Both the position numbers and the translations under genes were made by a program. Positions 1 through 9,573 of a stretch of DNA of 64,000 bases are shown piece by piece. Position 1 is the stretch's first letter. Each line of letters begins with the position of its first letter. The notes beneath the pieces are model-generated. The model searched no databases. It was not told the origin of the DNA and saw only the letters and a program-made list of their open reading frames with translations. Source of the DNA: Minisyncoccota bacterium (GTDB taxonomy: Bacteria > Patescibacteriota > Minisyncoccia > Phycocordibacterales > JABMNX01); contig OZ244961.1 in NCBI GenBank assembly GCA_965222715.1, positions 76,609-140,608 of the forward strand, in the 5' to 3' direction.

Positions 1-442
1 CTACTCTGATAGTGGTATTACCGTGCCTGTGGGAAATATAGATAAAGAAGCTCAAAAACTTCTTCAGGTCACTCGAGAGGCACTATATGTGGGTATTGAA
101 GCCGCTCAAGTAGGAAACACTACTGGAGATATTGGGCACGCGATAGAAGAGTTTGTACGACCACATGGCTACGGCATTGTACGCGAGCTCTGTGGACATG
201 GTCTTGGTAAGAAGGTACACGAAGAGCCATCAATTCCTAACTATGGCAAAAAAGGAGAAGGAGAAGAGCTTGTTGAAGGAATGGTGATCGCAATTGAGCC
301 GATGCTCAACATTGGTTCCCCAGAAGTTATTTTTGAGGATGATGGGTACACGGTGCGTACTGCTGATGGTTTACGAAGTGCTCATTTCGAACACTCGCTA
401 GTCATCACAAAAGACGGCCCTGAGATTTTAACTGAAGTGTAG
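1..442 (+). CDS. map: Methionine aminopeptidase, 5' end outside the window
   Basis: Metal-binding motifs GHGLGKKVHEEP, IAIEPM and SAHFEHS; the frame is open to the window edge. Confidence 0.95.
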   Translation, partial: YSDSGITVPVGNIDKEAQKLLQVTREALYVGIEAAQVGNTTGDIGHAIEEFVRPHGYGIVRELCGHGLGKKVHEEPSIPNYGKKGEGEELVEGMVIAIEPMLNIGSPEVIFEDDGYTVRTADGLRSAHFEHSLVITKDGPEILTEV

Positions 443-450
443 ATATGATA

Positions 451-476
451 ACGGCCGCACCCGTAGGTGCGGCCGT
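451..476. terminator. GC-rich hairpin between convergent genes
   Basis: Perfect 11-bp stem ACGGCCGCACC-CGTA-GGTGCGGCCGT. Confidence 0.6.
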
Positions 477-487
477 TCGGCATCAGG

Positions 488-643
488 TCAGACGCCACGT
501 TCGCGGATGCTTGCAGAACCCGGGTCACCATCGGCGAAGCCGTTGTCTTTCTCGATGAACCCGTTGTCGGTTTCGTCCATCGGAGAGATGTCGCCGCGTT
601 CGGGGGTAATGCCACCCCACGCTTCTCTGGTGATTGTTTTCAT
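488..643 (-). CDS. Small acidic hypothetical protein (51 aa), not in the ORF track
   Basis: Hand-translated MKTITREAWGGITPERGDISPMDETDNGFIEKDNGFADGDPGSASIRERGV*; strong SD AAGGAGGTG upstream; hairpin directly downstream. Confidence 0.6.
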   Translation of the reverse strand: MKTITREAWGGITPERGDISPMDETDNGFIEKDNGFADGDPGSASIRERGV

Positions 644-759
644 TTCATCACCTCCTTCCATTTTTTAGAGTAGCATAAAGAGTAATTTTTCACTATTGTA
701 TCTACTTCTATATCACGTATAATAACCGCTACATTTTCATTTTTTAATTTATATTACGT

Positions 760-1374
760 ATGTCAGAACAACCACATTACAGTAAAGAGAGGACACTAAT
801 CATTATCAAGCCAGATGGCGTACAACGCTCACTTATTGGTGATGTTATATCTCGTCTGGAAAGGGTTGGGCTCAAACTTGTTGGGTTGAAGTTTGAAGTA
901 CCGCAAGCAGAGAAAGTAGAGCAGCACTACACACTTGACCCCCACTGGCGGACGGTAACCGGAGAAAAAGCAATTGAATCATACAAAAAGAAAGGTCTTA
1001 CTCCACCATCAGAAGATCCTCTTGAGGTTACTGCAAAGATTTTAGAGAATCTCAAAAAATACATGACCTGTGGTCCAGTCGTTATTATGGTGTGGCAGGG
1101 CGCTCACGCGGTTGAGCTTGTGCGCAAACTTGTTGGAGGAACTGAACCTCTTTCATCAGACGTTGGCACTATTCGAGGAGACTACGTGCTTGACTCATAT
1201 CGTATGGCAGACACTGATGGACGTGCAGTGAGGAACGTTGTGCACGCTTCAGGGTCAGTAGAAGAGGCGCAAAATGAAATCAAACACTGGTTTAATGAAG
1301 ATGAGCTAGTAAACTATCGGTTAATTGCTGAGGAAATCCTCTACGACGTAAATATTGACGGAATTGTTGAGTAA
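760..1374 (+). CDS. ndk: Nucleoside diphosphate kinase with CPR-type insertion
   Basis: ERTLIIIKPDGVQR, GTIRGDY and RNVVHASGS motifs. Confidence 0.95.
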   Translation: MSEQPHYSKERTLIIIKPDGVQRSLIGDVISRLERVGLKLVGLKFEVPQAEKVEQHYTLDPHWRTVTGEKAIESYKKKGLTPPSEDPLEVTAKILENLKKYMTCGPVVIMVWQGAHAVELVRKLVGGTEPLSSDVGTIRGDYVLDSYRMADTDGRAVRNVVHASGSVEEAQNEIKHWFNEDELVNYRLIAEEILYDVNIDGIVE

Positions 1375-1395
1375 TACGTATTAAAAAAATGAAAA

Positions 1396-1476
1396 AAACG
1401 CCAAGCATGCCCTTGGCGTTTTTCTTTTCTAAGGCGAATAAAAGCCACGTAAACACCAAAGGTACCTTTGGCGTTT
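1396..1476. repeat. Two copies of a 26-bp palindrome AAACRCCAA-N8-TTGGCGTTT
   Basis: Copies at 1396-1421 and 1451-1476; related copies at 26714, 27011, 55540 and 55876. Confidence 0.75.
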
Positions 1477-1510
1477 CTTTCGTTAGTACACGCGTGTTAT
1501 ACTTACTGTA

Positions 1511-1638
1511 GGGAATGAAAGTATTGTCCACTTAAACTTGCTTAGGGAGTCTGAAATCGCATTAAGAATGTGTCCGTGGACGCATCGCTGAAGGCACCCA
1601 CGTGGAACTTCGTTCTTGGGCAAGTACTTTCACTCCCC
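1511..1638 (+). ncRNA. ssrS: Probable minimal 6S RNA
   Basis: Ends pair over ~20 bp (GGGAATGAAAGTATTGTCCA / TGGGCAAGTACTTTCACTCCC); internal GGGAGTCT / AGGCACCCAC segment resembles Firmicutes-type 6S; TATACT -10 upstream and terminator downstream. Confidence 0.65.
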
Positions 1639-1677
1639 ATAATAAAAACCGCACAAACTGTGCGGTTTTTATTATGG
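1637..1677 (+). terminator. Intrinsic terminator
   Basis: CCATAATAAAAACCGCACA-AAC-TGTGCGGTTTTTATTATGG. Confidence 0.8.
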
Positions 1678-1717
1678 TGCATAAATACTCTAGGTTATTA
1701 CTGGTATACTAGTTGCT

Positions 1718-2134
1718 ATGCATAAGCATCCACTTTTTATCACTTGGTCCTTGCTACTTCTTGGTATTGCAATACTTCATATCGTAGCAATAGAATTGTA
1801 CCTCTACTGGTTGTATGGTTGGTTTGATATATTCATGCACTTCCTAGGAGGATTATTTGTTGGTCTCTCTGTTCTTTGGTTGTTTTTTGAATCTGGATAT
1901 ATCACACTTTCAAAACACATACGCACTATTACCTTAGTTACCCTTATCTCATTTGCACTCATTGGTATTTCCTGGGAGATATTCCAATATTCAGTAGGGC
2001 TCTTTATTGGAAAGGAAAATGCTGTCGTTGATACCTCAGTAGATTTACTCGTTGGTCTCATCGGCGCGTTGATTGCTCGGTGGCTCTATATAAACCTCTT
2101 TATAAATAACACACATGAACTATATGAAAAATAA
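1718..2134 (+). CDS. Four-TM membrane protein (DUF2238/VanZ-like)
   Basis: Hydrophobic helices with D..MHFLGG, WE and DT..DL pattern. Confidence 0.75.
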   Translation: MHKHPLFITWSLLLLGIAILHIVAIELYLYWLYGWFDIFMHFLGGLFVGLSVLWLFFESGYITLSKHIRTITLVTLISFALIGISWEIFQYSVGLFIGKENAVVDTSVDLLVGLIGALIARWLYINLFINNTHELYEK

Positions 2135-3491
2135 TGCATCAATTACTTTTTATGGAGGAGCGGGAACAGTAACTGGTTCAAATTTTCTTCTTACCCTAGG
2201 TGATAAAAATATTCTTATTGACTGTGGCCTGACCCAAGGAGAAGAGTACTGTGATGATTGCAACTATGATGCGTTTGACTATGATCCCAGTAGCATTGAT
2301 GTGCTTGTGGCTACACACGCACACGCTGATCATATTGGTCGTATTCCAAAACTCGTGCGTGATGGATTCCAGGGAACGATTTACTCAACCAAAGCAACAT
2401 ATGATCTTTCCGAGGTAATGTTTGCTGATTCAGTAAACATCCTCATGCGTGAAGCGAAGGAGAAAAATCGAGAACCTTTGTATGAGAAAACGGATGTCGA
2501 AAAAGCTTTTTCTCTCTGGAAGATACTCGAGTACCATACACTCCAGCAACTTCCCAGGGACATCACTGTATCGTTTAAGGATGCTGGGCATATCCTTGGC
2601 TCAGCAATTGCTGAGTTTAGCTACCAAGGAAAGAAGATTGTCTTTACAGGAGACCTAGGTAACTCACCATCACCATTACTGCGTGATACTGAAGAAATAC
2701 AGAATGCAGACTATATGGTTATGGAAAGTGTGTATGGAAATAAAAACCATGAAGCAGAGGAGGACCGCAGTAGACTTCTCAAACAGGCACTGATCGACAC
2801 TCACGGTCGGGGAGGGGTCCTCATGATCCCTTCGTTTTCTATTGAACGCACCCAAGTACTTCTCTATCTTATTAATAATCTCATTGAAGATAATGAGGTG
2901 CCCAACATACCGGTATTCCTTGATTCTCCACTTGCGATCAAGGTTACTGATATTTATAAAAAGTACACACACCTCTTTAATGATGCAGTACAAGAAGAAA
3001 TTAGAGGAGGTGATGATATTTTTGATTTCCCTCAGTTCACTGAAACTGAACGAGTGACTGATTCAAAAGCAATTCTTGGTGAGCGAGATCCCAAGGTTAT
3101 TATTGCGGGCTCAGGTATGTCGACTGGCGGACGCATCTTGCATCACGAAAAACATTATCTAGGAGATAAAAATAATATATTACTTTTGGTTGGGTATCAG
3201 GCAGTTGGAACATTGGGTCGTAAGATAGAAGATGGCGCAAAAGAAGTTGAAATATTTGATGAAAGAGTTCCTGTTCGTGCGGAAGTGCGTAAAATTGAAG
3301 GGTTTTCAGCACACAAGGATTCAGAACATCTTGTTGATTTTGTCGCGAGTACTTCAGAGTCACTCAAAGAAGTATTTGTTGCAATGGGTGAACCAAAAGC
3401 CTCACTCTTTTTAGTGCAGCGATTGCGCGATTATCTGGGAGTAAAAGCACGTGCGCCACAACAAGGGGATACAGTAATGTTAGATATCTAG
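2115..3491 (+). CDS. Metallo-beta-lactamase/beta-CASP ribonuclease
   Basis: THAHADHIG, AGHILGS, GDLG, MESVYG and FSAHKD motifs; start may be 2124. Confidence 0.92.
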   Translation: MNYMKNNASITFYGGAGTVTGSNFLLTLGDKNILIDCGLTQGEEYCDDCNYDAFDYDPSSIDVLVATHAHADHIGRIPKLVRDGFQGTIYSTKATYDLSEVMFADSVNILMREAKEKNREPLYEKTDVEKAFSLWKILEYHTLQQLPRDITVSFKDAGHILGSAIAEFSYQGKKIVFTGDLGNSPSPLLRDTEEIQNADYMVMESVYGNKNHEAEEDRSRLLKQALIDTHGRGGVLMIPSFSIERTQVLLYLINNLIEDNEVPNIPVFLDSPLAIKVTDIYKKYTHLFNDAVQEEIRGGDDIFDFPQFTETERVTDSKAILGERDPKVIIAGSGMSTGGRILHHEKHYLGDKNNILLLVGYQAVGTLGRKIEDGAKEVEIFDERVPVRAEVRKIEGFSAHKDSEHLVDFVASTSESLKEVFVAMGEPKASLFLVQRLRDYLGVKARAPQQGDTVMLDI

Positions 3492-3502
3492 GGTACACTT
3501 AC

Positions 3503-3547
3503 TACAAAAGACACAACCGCCTGTGTGAGGCGGTTGTGTCTTTTGTA
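3503..3547. terminator. Bidirectional terminator
   Basis: Perfect 20-bp stem between convergent genes. Confidence 0.85.
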
Positions 3548-3558
3548 TTGAATCTAGA

Positions 3559-3906
3559 TTATTTCACGTGCTCAACAATTCGTGCGAATGATTCAGGTCG
3601 ATCTTTTGCAATCTGCGAGAGGACCTTTCGGTCAAGCCCAATTTCTTTTTTCTTCAGCGCATCAATAAAGGTACTGTATGACTTGAAGTTGAGCGCACGA
3701 ACAGCTGCGTTAATGCGGACTGTCCAGAGTCGACGAAAGTCTCCTTTCTTATCTCGTCGGTGATCAAATGCATAGTTTCCAGCATGCGCAATTGCTTCAT
3801 ACGCCATTCGTTTTTTGGTTGATCGTCCAAATCGGTATCCCTTAGTTTGCTCTAGGGTATTACGTCGACTTTTTGCTTTGGTTGTTCCTCGTTTTACTCG
3901 TGCCAT
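3559..3906 (-). CDS. rplT: 50S ribosomal protein L20
   Basis: MARVKRG, FRRLWTVRINAA, LDRKVL; follows rpmI. Confidence 0.97.
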   Translation of the reverse strand: MARVKRGTTKAKSRRNTLEQTKGYRFGRSTKKRMAYEAIAHAGNYAFDHRRDKKGDFRRLWTVRINAAVRALNFKSYSTFIDALKKKEIGLDRKVLSQIAKDRPESFARIVEHVK

Positions 3907-3915
3907 ACTGTTTCA

Positions 3916-4101
3916 TTAGTTATGTGGAAGAAAGCGATTTTTCGCTTTAGGAGTAAGCTTTACTTCATTTAAATTCTTTTTTTCAAGACGCTCTTGTGAA
4001 GAAGCTTTTGCATTAAAATGGTTCTGCCCTGGCTTACGCGCAAGCACTTTGCCAGTCTTTGTAACTTTAAACCTTTTTGTATACGATTTATTGGTTTTCA
4101 T
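3916..4101 (-). CDS. rpmI: 50S ribosomal protein L35
   Basis: MKTNKS..KRFKVTKTGKV; infC-rpmI-rplT order. Confidence 0.93.
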   Translation of the reverse strand: MKTNKSYTKRFKVTKTGKVLARKPGQNHFNAKASSQERLEKKNLNEVKLTPKAKNRFLPHN

Positions 4102-4139
4102 GTTTTTGATTTACCTGCCCCGTAGGAAGTTTTGCTTTC

Positions 4140-4718
4140 CTACTGGGGTTTGTTTTCATCTTTCTGTACTTCTTTTGTATCTTTTTCTTTGGTGTTTTTA
4201 CCACCTTTTCCGTCTCTTTCAATAATAACGGTAAGACCCTTGGGACTTTTCTTTATCTCATCAGCTACTTTATACTCCTCGCTGATGAGGTGTAAGAATC
4301 GCTCAAGACGCTCTTTAAGGAAGTTAAATTCCATGTACTTGTAGCGTCCCCATAAGAAGAGGTCAATCTTTACTCGATGGCCCTCTTTAAGCCATTCAGA
4401 AGCTCTGCGAGACTTAAGATTGAGATCATGTTCACCAGTACCAATTTTTACCTGGACTGACTTCGTCTCAGTAACGTGTGATTTTGCCTTTGCCTCCCGC
4501 TGCTTCTTCTTCTGTTCGTACTGGAATTTACCATAGTCCATTATTTTTGCAACGGGAGGTGTTGCATTTGGTGATATCTCAATGAGATCAAGCTGTGCTT
4601 CTTCAGCGTGTGAAAGAGCTTTTTGTAGCGGCAAAACACCTAAATTGGCGCCATCGGCGCCGATCACTCTGAGCTCTTTGGCTCGGATGTTTTGATTAAT
4701 ACGTGTAAATGTATTCAA
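4140..4718 (-). CDS. infC: Translation initiation factor IF-3
   Basis: RINQNIRAKELRVI and DLIEISPNATPPVAKIMDYGKFQY; non-ATG start, as typical for infC. Confidence 0.96.
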   Translation of the reverse strand: MNTFTRINQNIRAKELRVIGADGANLGVLPLQKALSHAEEAQLDLIEISPNATPPVAKIMDYGKFQYEQKKKQREAKAKSHVTETKSVQVKIGTGEHDLNLKSRRASEWLKEGHRVKIDLFLWGRYKYMEFNFLKERLERFLHLISEEYKVADEIKKSPKGLTVIIERDGKGGKNTKEKDTKEVQKDENKPQ

Positions 4719-4754
4719 AGCCTAAATTCCGTTACGAGGGAGAGTATACCACAA

Positions 4755-5825
4755 CTACCCCTCTCGCTCAAGCTCTGTATGGTAGTCTACTTCAAATATC
4801 TTCCACATTGAAAGGAAGAAACCAGCAATCACTGGACCAATAATAAAGCCAGTAATACCAAAGAGTGACAGCCCACCAATAGTCGAGAGAAGGACAATCG
4901 CGTCAGGCATTTTGGTGTCACGACCCACAAGAATTGGTCGAAGTATATTATCAATAAGGCTAATGAGTATTGAGCCCCCAGCAAGTATCAGTACTCCTTC
5001 CCAGATTGCGCCGGAGAGTAAGAGAATCACTCCAGCAGGAAGCCACACGATCCCAGGGCCAATAGCTGGAATAATTGAGAGGAGCACCATGACGACACCC
5101 CACAAAAGTGCCGCCTCAATACCAACAATAAAGAAGAGTATACCCCCAATGGTTCCTTGAATGAGTGCAATCACTAAGGTTCCTTTAAAAATTGAGCGCG
5201 TAATTTTAGAAAAGTTACTAAAAAGGGCTTCCTCTCGTTCATCGCCAAGTGGGAGTACATGTTCAATAGTGCGTGCAATTCGTGGACCATCGCGAAGCAT
5301 GAAGAAGAGGAGGTAGAGCATGAGGAGGAAGCTAATCACTACACCAAATGTTGCTTGTCCTACGAGTACAGCTTGACGTGCAAACCAGTTGCTTACGGTC
5401 TGAGCAATTGACGCAAGTTTTTCTTTTACTTCAGCTTCTTCAATACCGTACGCTTCAAGACGCGCAAGCTGCTCAGCACCTTGATTAATTAAACTTGCTC
5501 GAGAATTCTCAAAACTCCCATCAGCAAATCGATTATAGGTGCTCAAAGACTCTTCAACAACGAGCCCGCCAACAAACCACAAGGGTACAAAAATAACTAC
5601 AATGATAGTAAGAATGGTAAGCAGAGAAGCTACTGATCTATTTTTTATCCATGAAACCCATTTCTGCTGCACTGGGTGAAAGACAATAGCAAGCACAATT
5701 GCCCAAAAAATTGGCATCAAAAAATCATTAATCAACCAGATAAAAATACCGGTACTAAAAATAAGGAGACCGAAAAAGAGGCTGTTCTGGACGGTAAAAA
5801 AGTCAGTCAGTCGTTGATATTTCAT
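4755..5825 (-). CDS. AI-2E family transporter
   Basis: Multi-TM; IDNILRPILVG and GGLSLFGITGFIIGP motifs. Confidence 0.9.
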   Translation of the reverse strand: MKYQRLTDFFTVQNSLFFGLLIFSTGIFIWLINDFLMPIFWAIVLAIVFHPVQQKWVSWIKNRSVASLLTILTIIVVIFVPLWFVGGLVVEESLSTYNRFADGSFENSRASLINQGAEQLARLEAYGIEEAEVKEKLASIAQTVSNWFARQAVLVGQATFGVVISFLLMLYLLFFMLRDGPRIARTIEHVLPLGDEREEALFSNFSKITRSIFKGTLVIALIQGTIGGILFFIVGIEAALLWGVVMVLLSIIPAIGPGIVWLPAGVILLLSGAIWEGVLILAGGSILISLIDNILRPILVGRDTKMPDAIVLLSTIGGLSLFGITGFIIGPVIAGFFLSMWKIFEVDYHTELEREG

Positions 5826-5934
5826 TACTGGGCATTGTAGCACGCCGCTTACAGAAGTGAAGGTGCCTAAGAGTAATCACAGAAGTAATTACAGAAGCAA
5901 AACGGACGTCCATGAGAGGACGTCCGTGAGAGGT

Positions 5935-6450
5935 TTAGGCTTCGCCTTCAACCTGAAGTAGGGCGATATCAAGTGCGGCTTCAGGTATGGGAGACCCGGC
6001 GAGAATTGGTTGAAAGACGGGGTAGAAATCAGAGTATTCTCTCACCATAAGCTCAAGAGTTTGCTCAATGATCTCATACATCGTCTCGTCAGGTATGTTT
6101 TCTGAAGGAACCGAGTATCGAAAAAAAATACCAAGGTCCATTTCATCGATCGAGAAGAATCCGAGTGATGTTCGTTCGTTTACAAGAGCAAGCCCTTTAT
6201 AGACTGCATCGAGTATCTCTGGTTTCGCAATCAGATCATCATCTCGGAGTACAAAACAGACTCGTGCACCTGCGCTACTCCAGAAGGCTTCCAGCATCAT
6301 GTTTTCTGGTATAGCAACAGTGATACCGTCGCAATATTCACTCCGACTTTCATCGTATTGCCAGTCGTTCCTCTCCGCAATTTCTTTGATGTGTTGGAGT
6401 GGGCTGGACTGACTTTCCAAATGATCAGAAACTTCAGTAGGTCTCGTCAT
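5935..6450 (-). CDS. Hypothetical protein, possibly YbjN/type III chaperone-like fold
   Basis: Acidic alpha/beta protein with ALVNER..LGFFSID..IFFRY pattern; SD AAGGAGGT. Confidence 0.6.
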   Translation of the reverse strand: MTRPTEVSDHLESQSSPLQHIKEIAERNDWQYDESRSEYCDGITVAIPENMMLEAFWSSAGARVCFVLRDDDLIAKPEILDAVYKGLALVNERTSLGFFSIDEMDLGIFFRYSVPSENIPDETMYEIIEQTLELMVREYSDFYPVFQPILAGSPIPEAALDIALLQVEGEA

Positions 6451-6577
6451 TACTTTGACCTCCTTAATCTACATCTATCTACTACAGTAATATGCTCCCT
6501 GTTTTTGTAAAGTATATATTAAGAATGATATGGAAAACGAAAAGGCCAACGACGTGTGTCGTTGACCTTGGTATTCA

Positions 6578-6778
6578 TCAGCTTCGTTGGAGAAGCTCAC
6601 GGATGCCGAAATCGAATTCGTAGACGATGTTCGGGTCGATGCCGGCGAGATGCATGATCCCAGGGCTCAGCAAAAGTGCGGTGACGAAAATTCCGATGAG
6701 GCATTCGCCCCAAAAGTCCAAGCGTTCCCGCTTCATTTTTTGTTGCCAGGAACTGAGATTTGATTTCTGTGTATACAT
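6578..6778 (-). CDS. Small single-TM hypothetical protein (66 aa)
   Basis: ATG at 6778 preceded by AGGAGGT and TTGACA-N17-TATTAT. Confidence 0.65.
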   Translation of the reverse strand: MYTQKSNLSSWQQKMKRERLDFWGECLIGIFVTALLLSPGIMHLAGIDPNIVYEFDFGIRELLQRS

Positions 6779-6860
6779 GATAAGGTACCTCCTACTATTA
6801 ATAATATCATAAATAAATATATTTGTCAATAATGCGTAGAAATATAAAAAGAAGAAGCCC

Positions 6861-7178
6861 CTAAGGAGCTCCTTCGGGACTTGTTTGATTCTTTCCACCT
6901 GGCCAGCGTCTGTAGTAATAGATAAGAGCCAAGATGACGGTGTGGCAGGCGATACTGGTGAAGTAAATGATCGAGAGTTTCCAGTCGATCTCTTCTTGAA
7001 TGAGGATGTGAATCAGAACGATGACCTGCATCGCAAATGAACCCCATATCAAGAGGAGTGAAATTGAATCGGCTGTTTTTACCCGAATCAAGAGTTTGAT
7101 TTGGGGCAAAAATATCGTCCATCCAACTACTCCAATACCAGCAACAAGCCATGCGATTACTTCACGGAAGATTTCCAT
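6861..7178 (-). CDS. PQ-loop/SemiSWEET-like membrane protein
   Basis: Three TMs; FLPQIKLLIRVKTADSISL PQ-loop motif; SD GGAGG. Confidence 0.8.
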   Translation of the reverse strand: MEIFREVIAWLVAGIGVVGWTIFLPQIKLLIRVKTADSISLLLIWGSFAMQVIVLIHILIQEEIDWKLSIIYFTSIACHTVILALIYYYRRWPGGKNQTSPEGAP

Positions 7179-7207
7179 GACTATCCTCCAGTCGGTTACT
7201 AAGTAAA

Positions 7208-7235
7208 ATTATACTTCAATTAATAGTTTTGTCAA
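7208..7235 (-). promoter_or_regulatory. Sigma70-type promoter
   Basis: TTGACA-N16-TATAAT on the minus strand upstream of the PQ-loop gene. Confidence 0.75.
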
Positions 7236-7250
7236 TATATTGGACACACC

Positions 7251-7283
7251 AAAAAACCACTTGGTACAAAGGTACAAAGTGGT
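7251..7283 (-). terminator. Intrinsic terminator, probably the displaced native ssrA terminator
   Basis: 11/12-bp stem followed by a T-run on the minus strand, ~45 nt outside the left junction of the element. Confidence 0.6.
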
Positions 7284-7436
7284 CTGTTTTGGTTCAAATT
7301 GGTATAGATGTGGAAATTGTCGGGACGAGTGGAAAACCTTAATTACCAATTTGGTATATACCAGTACAGAGTGGTATATAGTGGCTTAAAACAAGGACCT
7401 TGAACCTTTTTCTTGTATATGATAATATTTTTAAGT

Positions 7437-8318
7437 ATGAAGAAAGTACCGATATATAAGAAATACAAAAAAGGAACTCATAACTATATATTAAACACTG
7501 ACACGAATGACGCCCTTCGCTCATTTGAAGATGATTCCCTTGATTTGATAGTTACAAGCCCTTCTTATTATTTAGGAAAAGATTATGAAAAAGATGAATC
7601 TTTTCAGGACTACTTAAACTATCATAAAGAGACTATCGATCTACTATACAAGAAGTTGAAAAAAAACGGATCTATTTATTGGAATGTTGCACAAACTCCA
7701 ATTAATGATGAAATAGTTCCACTAGGTGCAATTTTCTATCAGTCGTTTAAAGACGCTGGGTTTTATATGAAGAATTGGATTATTTGGCACTTTGAGGGAG
7801 GTGTAAATACGAAAGCCCGTTTCTCTGGTCGCTATGAAAATATACTTTGGTTTGTTAAAAATCCTCAAGATTACACATTTAATCTAGATGATGTTAGAGT
7901 CCCTGCAAAATGGCAAAGTGATAAAAGAGTAAATCCTAAAGGTAAGAATCCTACAGATGTCTGGGAGTTTTCTTTAGGTGATTTAAAGTCCGAAGAAGTT
8001 GATTTCTTTGTTAATGCTGTTATTTCAGACAAACGTAGGGATAAATCTGACGAAACAGATAATTTTCTATATTTAGATAGAGTAGTAAATGTAAGCAAAG
8101 AAAAGACTACTCATCCTTGCCAGTTTCCTGAGAAGTTAATAGAACGAATTATAAAAGTGTCTTCTAATAAAGGTGATGTTGTTGCAGATATCTTTCTCGG
8201 AAGTGGAACAACGGCAAAAGTCGCTTCTGATTTAAATCGAAAATTCATTGGTATAGAAAGAGATAGAGATTATTGCAATATCGCCAAGAAGAGAATTGAA
8301 AAACATGCAAAAAAGTAA
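7437..8318 (+). CDS. Beta-class N4C/N6A DNA methyltransferase (M1)
   Basis: Motif IV variant TSPSY before motif I DIFLGSGTT; HPCQFPEKL. Confidence 0.88.
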   Translation: MKKVPIYKKYKKGTHNYILNTDTNDALRSFEDDSLDLIVTSPSYYLGKDYEKDESFQDYLNYHKETIDLLYKKLKKNGSIYWNVAQTPINDEIVPLGAIFYQSFKDAGFYMKNWIIWHFEGGVNTKARFSGRYENILWFVKNPQDYTFNLDDVRVPAKWQSDKRVNPKGKNPTDVWEFSLGDLKSEEVDFFVNAVISDKRRDKSDETDNFLYLDRVVNVSKEKTTHPCQFPEKLIERIIKVSSNKGDVVADIFLGSGTTAKVASDLNRKFIGIERDRDYCNIAKKRIEKHAKK

Positions 8319-8820
8319 AATATTTGGCTCTGCGTTGATTGATTGTGTTACCACAAAATATCTTGATCCGACTCAGGAATTTTTATTTAGAGATGATTCG
8401 TTGATTTGGTTTCTTTGTAAAAATAGAGATATATATAAAGTTCAAACTCAAATATTGAAAGATTTTAAGCATGCCTTTAGGGTTGCCTGGATTTATCCTT
8501 TTGAACTAGAGGGCAATAAACCAAGTAATGATTTTTATTTTTTGTTTGCTGCGTACAAGAACAACGTTTATTTTTTTGACAAAGATCCTATCAGGGAGAA
8601 ACATATTTGGGAAAAAGTCGAGTGGGGGAAAAGAAAGAAAAACTATAACCCTAAAGGGAAAGATCCTGGGACGGTATGGATAGAAATAGAAGACGACGGT
8701 AATGGAAAAGTAATTTCTTATTCACCATATTCCAAAATAGATTTATTGGAGAGGTTGAAGATTTCTTCTCTAAAAAATAAAAAAGAGGATTTTTTAGTGC
8801 TAAGTAAGATCTCTTTTTAA
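8305..8820 (+). CDS. Degenerate methyltransferase paralog lacking catalytic and SAM-binding motifs
   Basis: Colinear similarity to M1 (YFFDKDPIR vs YTFNLDDVR; NPKGKDPGTVW vs NPKGKNPTDVW); no SPPY or FxGxG; ORF intact. Confidence 0.7.
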   Translation: MQKSKIFGSALIDCVTTKYLDPTQEFLFRDDSLIWFLCKNRDIYKVQTQILKDFKHAFRVAWIYPFELEGNKPSNDFYFLFAAYKNNVYFFDKDPIREKHIWEKVEWGKRKKNYNPKGKDPGTVWIEIEDDGNGKVISYSPYSKIDLLERLKISSLKNKKEDFLVLSKISF

Positions 8821-8829
8821 TATTTCCTT

Positions 8830-9573
8830 ATGCATAGAATCTATAACAAAAGTTCAAAAAAGATGAGTGGGATCAATAAAGGATCTATCGATTTCATATT
8901 CACCTCTCCTCCATATTGGGATTTAAAGGATTATTTAAATTCAGAGCAGATAGGGTATAAGCAAAGTTATACTGATTATCTTTCAGATATGCTAACAGTT
9001 TGGACAGAGTGCTTCCGTGTTTTAAAGCAAGATGGGGTAATTTGTATAAACATTAATGATCGGTTTGTGAAAGGTAAATATTATCCAATTCACTTGGATT
9101 TTTATAATCAATTAAAGTCTATTGGGTTTAAGTTTTTTGATATGTATATATGGCACAAGGCGAGTGGCGTTCCCGCTGGTAAAAACAAACTGACCGATCG
9201 TTTGGAATATATAATTGTCGCTTCTGGTAAAAAAATAAAATATAAAGATTTTAAAAAAATAGATCGATACAAAAATGACAACCTTATAAGTAGTAAATCT
9301 TGGCATGTGGTTAAAAAGGCAGGGTCAATTATTAGTTCACATCCACACCCTGCATTTTTTCCTTCGGAATTAGTTGAACTTGGGATCTTACAGTTCACTA
9401 AACCAAATGAAACAGTTCTAGATCCCTTTCTTGGAGTAGGAAATACTCTAATAGCATCTGAAAAATTGGGTAGGAAGTCAGTTGGTTTTGAAATAAATAA
9501 CCAATATATAAAAACAACCTTGTCGGTTGTTGATGATGCCACAAAAAAGAAAATCTCTGTTATTAAGAGCTAG
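8830..9573 (+). CDS. Beta-class N4C/N6A DNA methyltransferase (M2)
   Basis: FTSPPYW, HPAFFP and DPFLGVGNT motifs. Confidence 0.92.
   Translation: MHRIYNKSSKKMSGINKGSIDFIFTSPPYWDLKDYLNSEQIGYKQSYTDYLSDMLTVWTECFRVLKQDGVICININDRFVKGKYYPIHLDFYNQLKSIGFKFFDMYIWHKASGVPAGKNKLTDRLEYIIVASGKKIKYKDFKKIDRYKNDNLISSKSWHVVKKAGSIISSHPHPAFFPSELVELGILQFTKPNETVLDPFLGVGNTLIASEKLGRKSVGFEINNQYIKTTLSVVDDATKKKISVIKS

Noticed and set aside
5851-5898. Short ACAGAAG repeats upstream of the AI-2E gene
   Set aside because: Only three short irregular copies; could be chance
7310-7325. GTGGAAATTGTCGGGA as a degenerate duplicate of the tmRNA 3' end
   Set aside because: Only loosely similar; AGTGGA at 7328 explains the in-frame stop and attP symmetry better, although an older scar is not excluded
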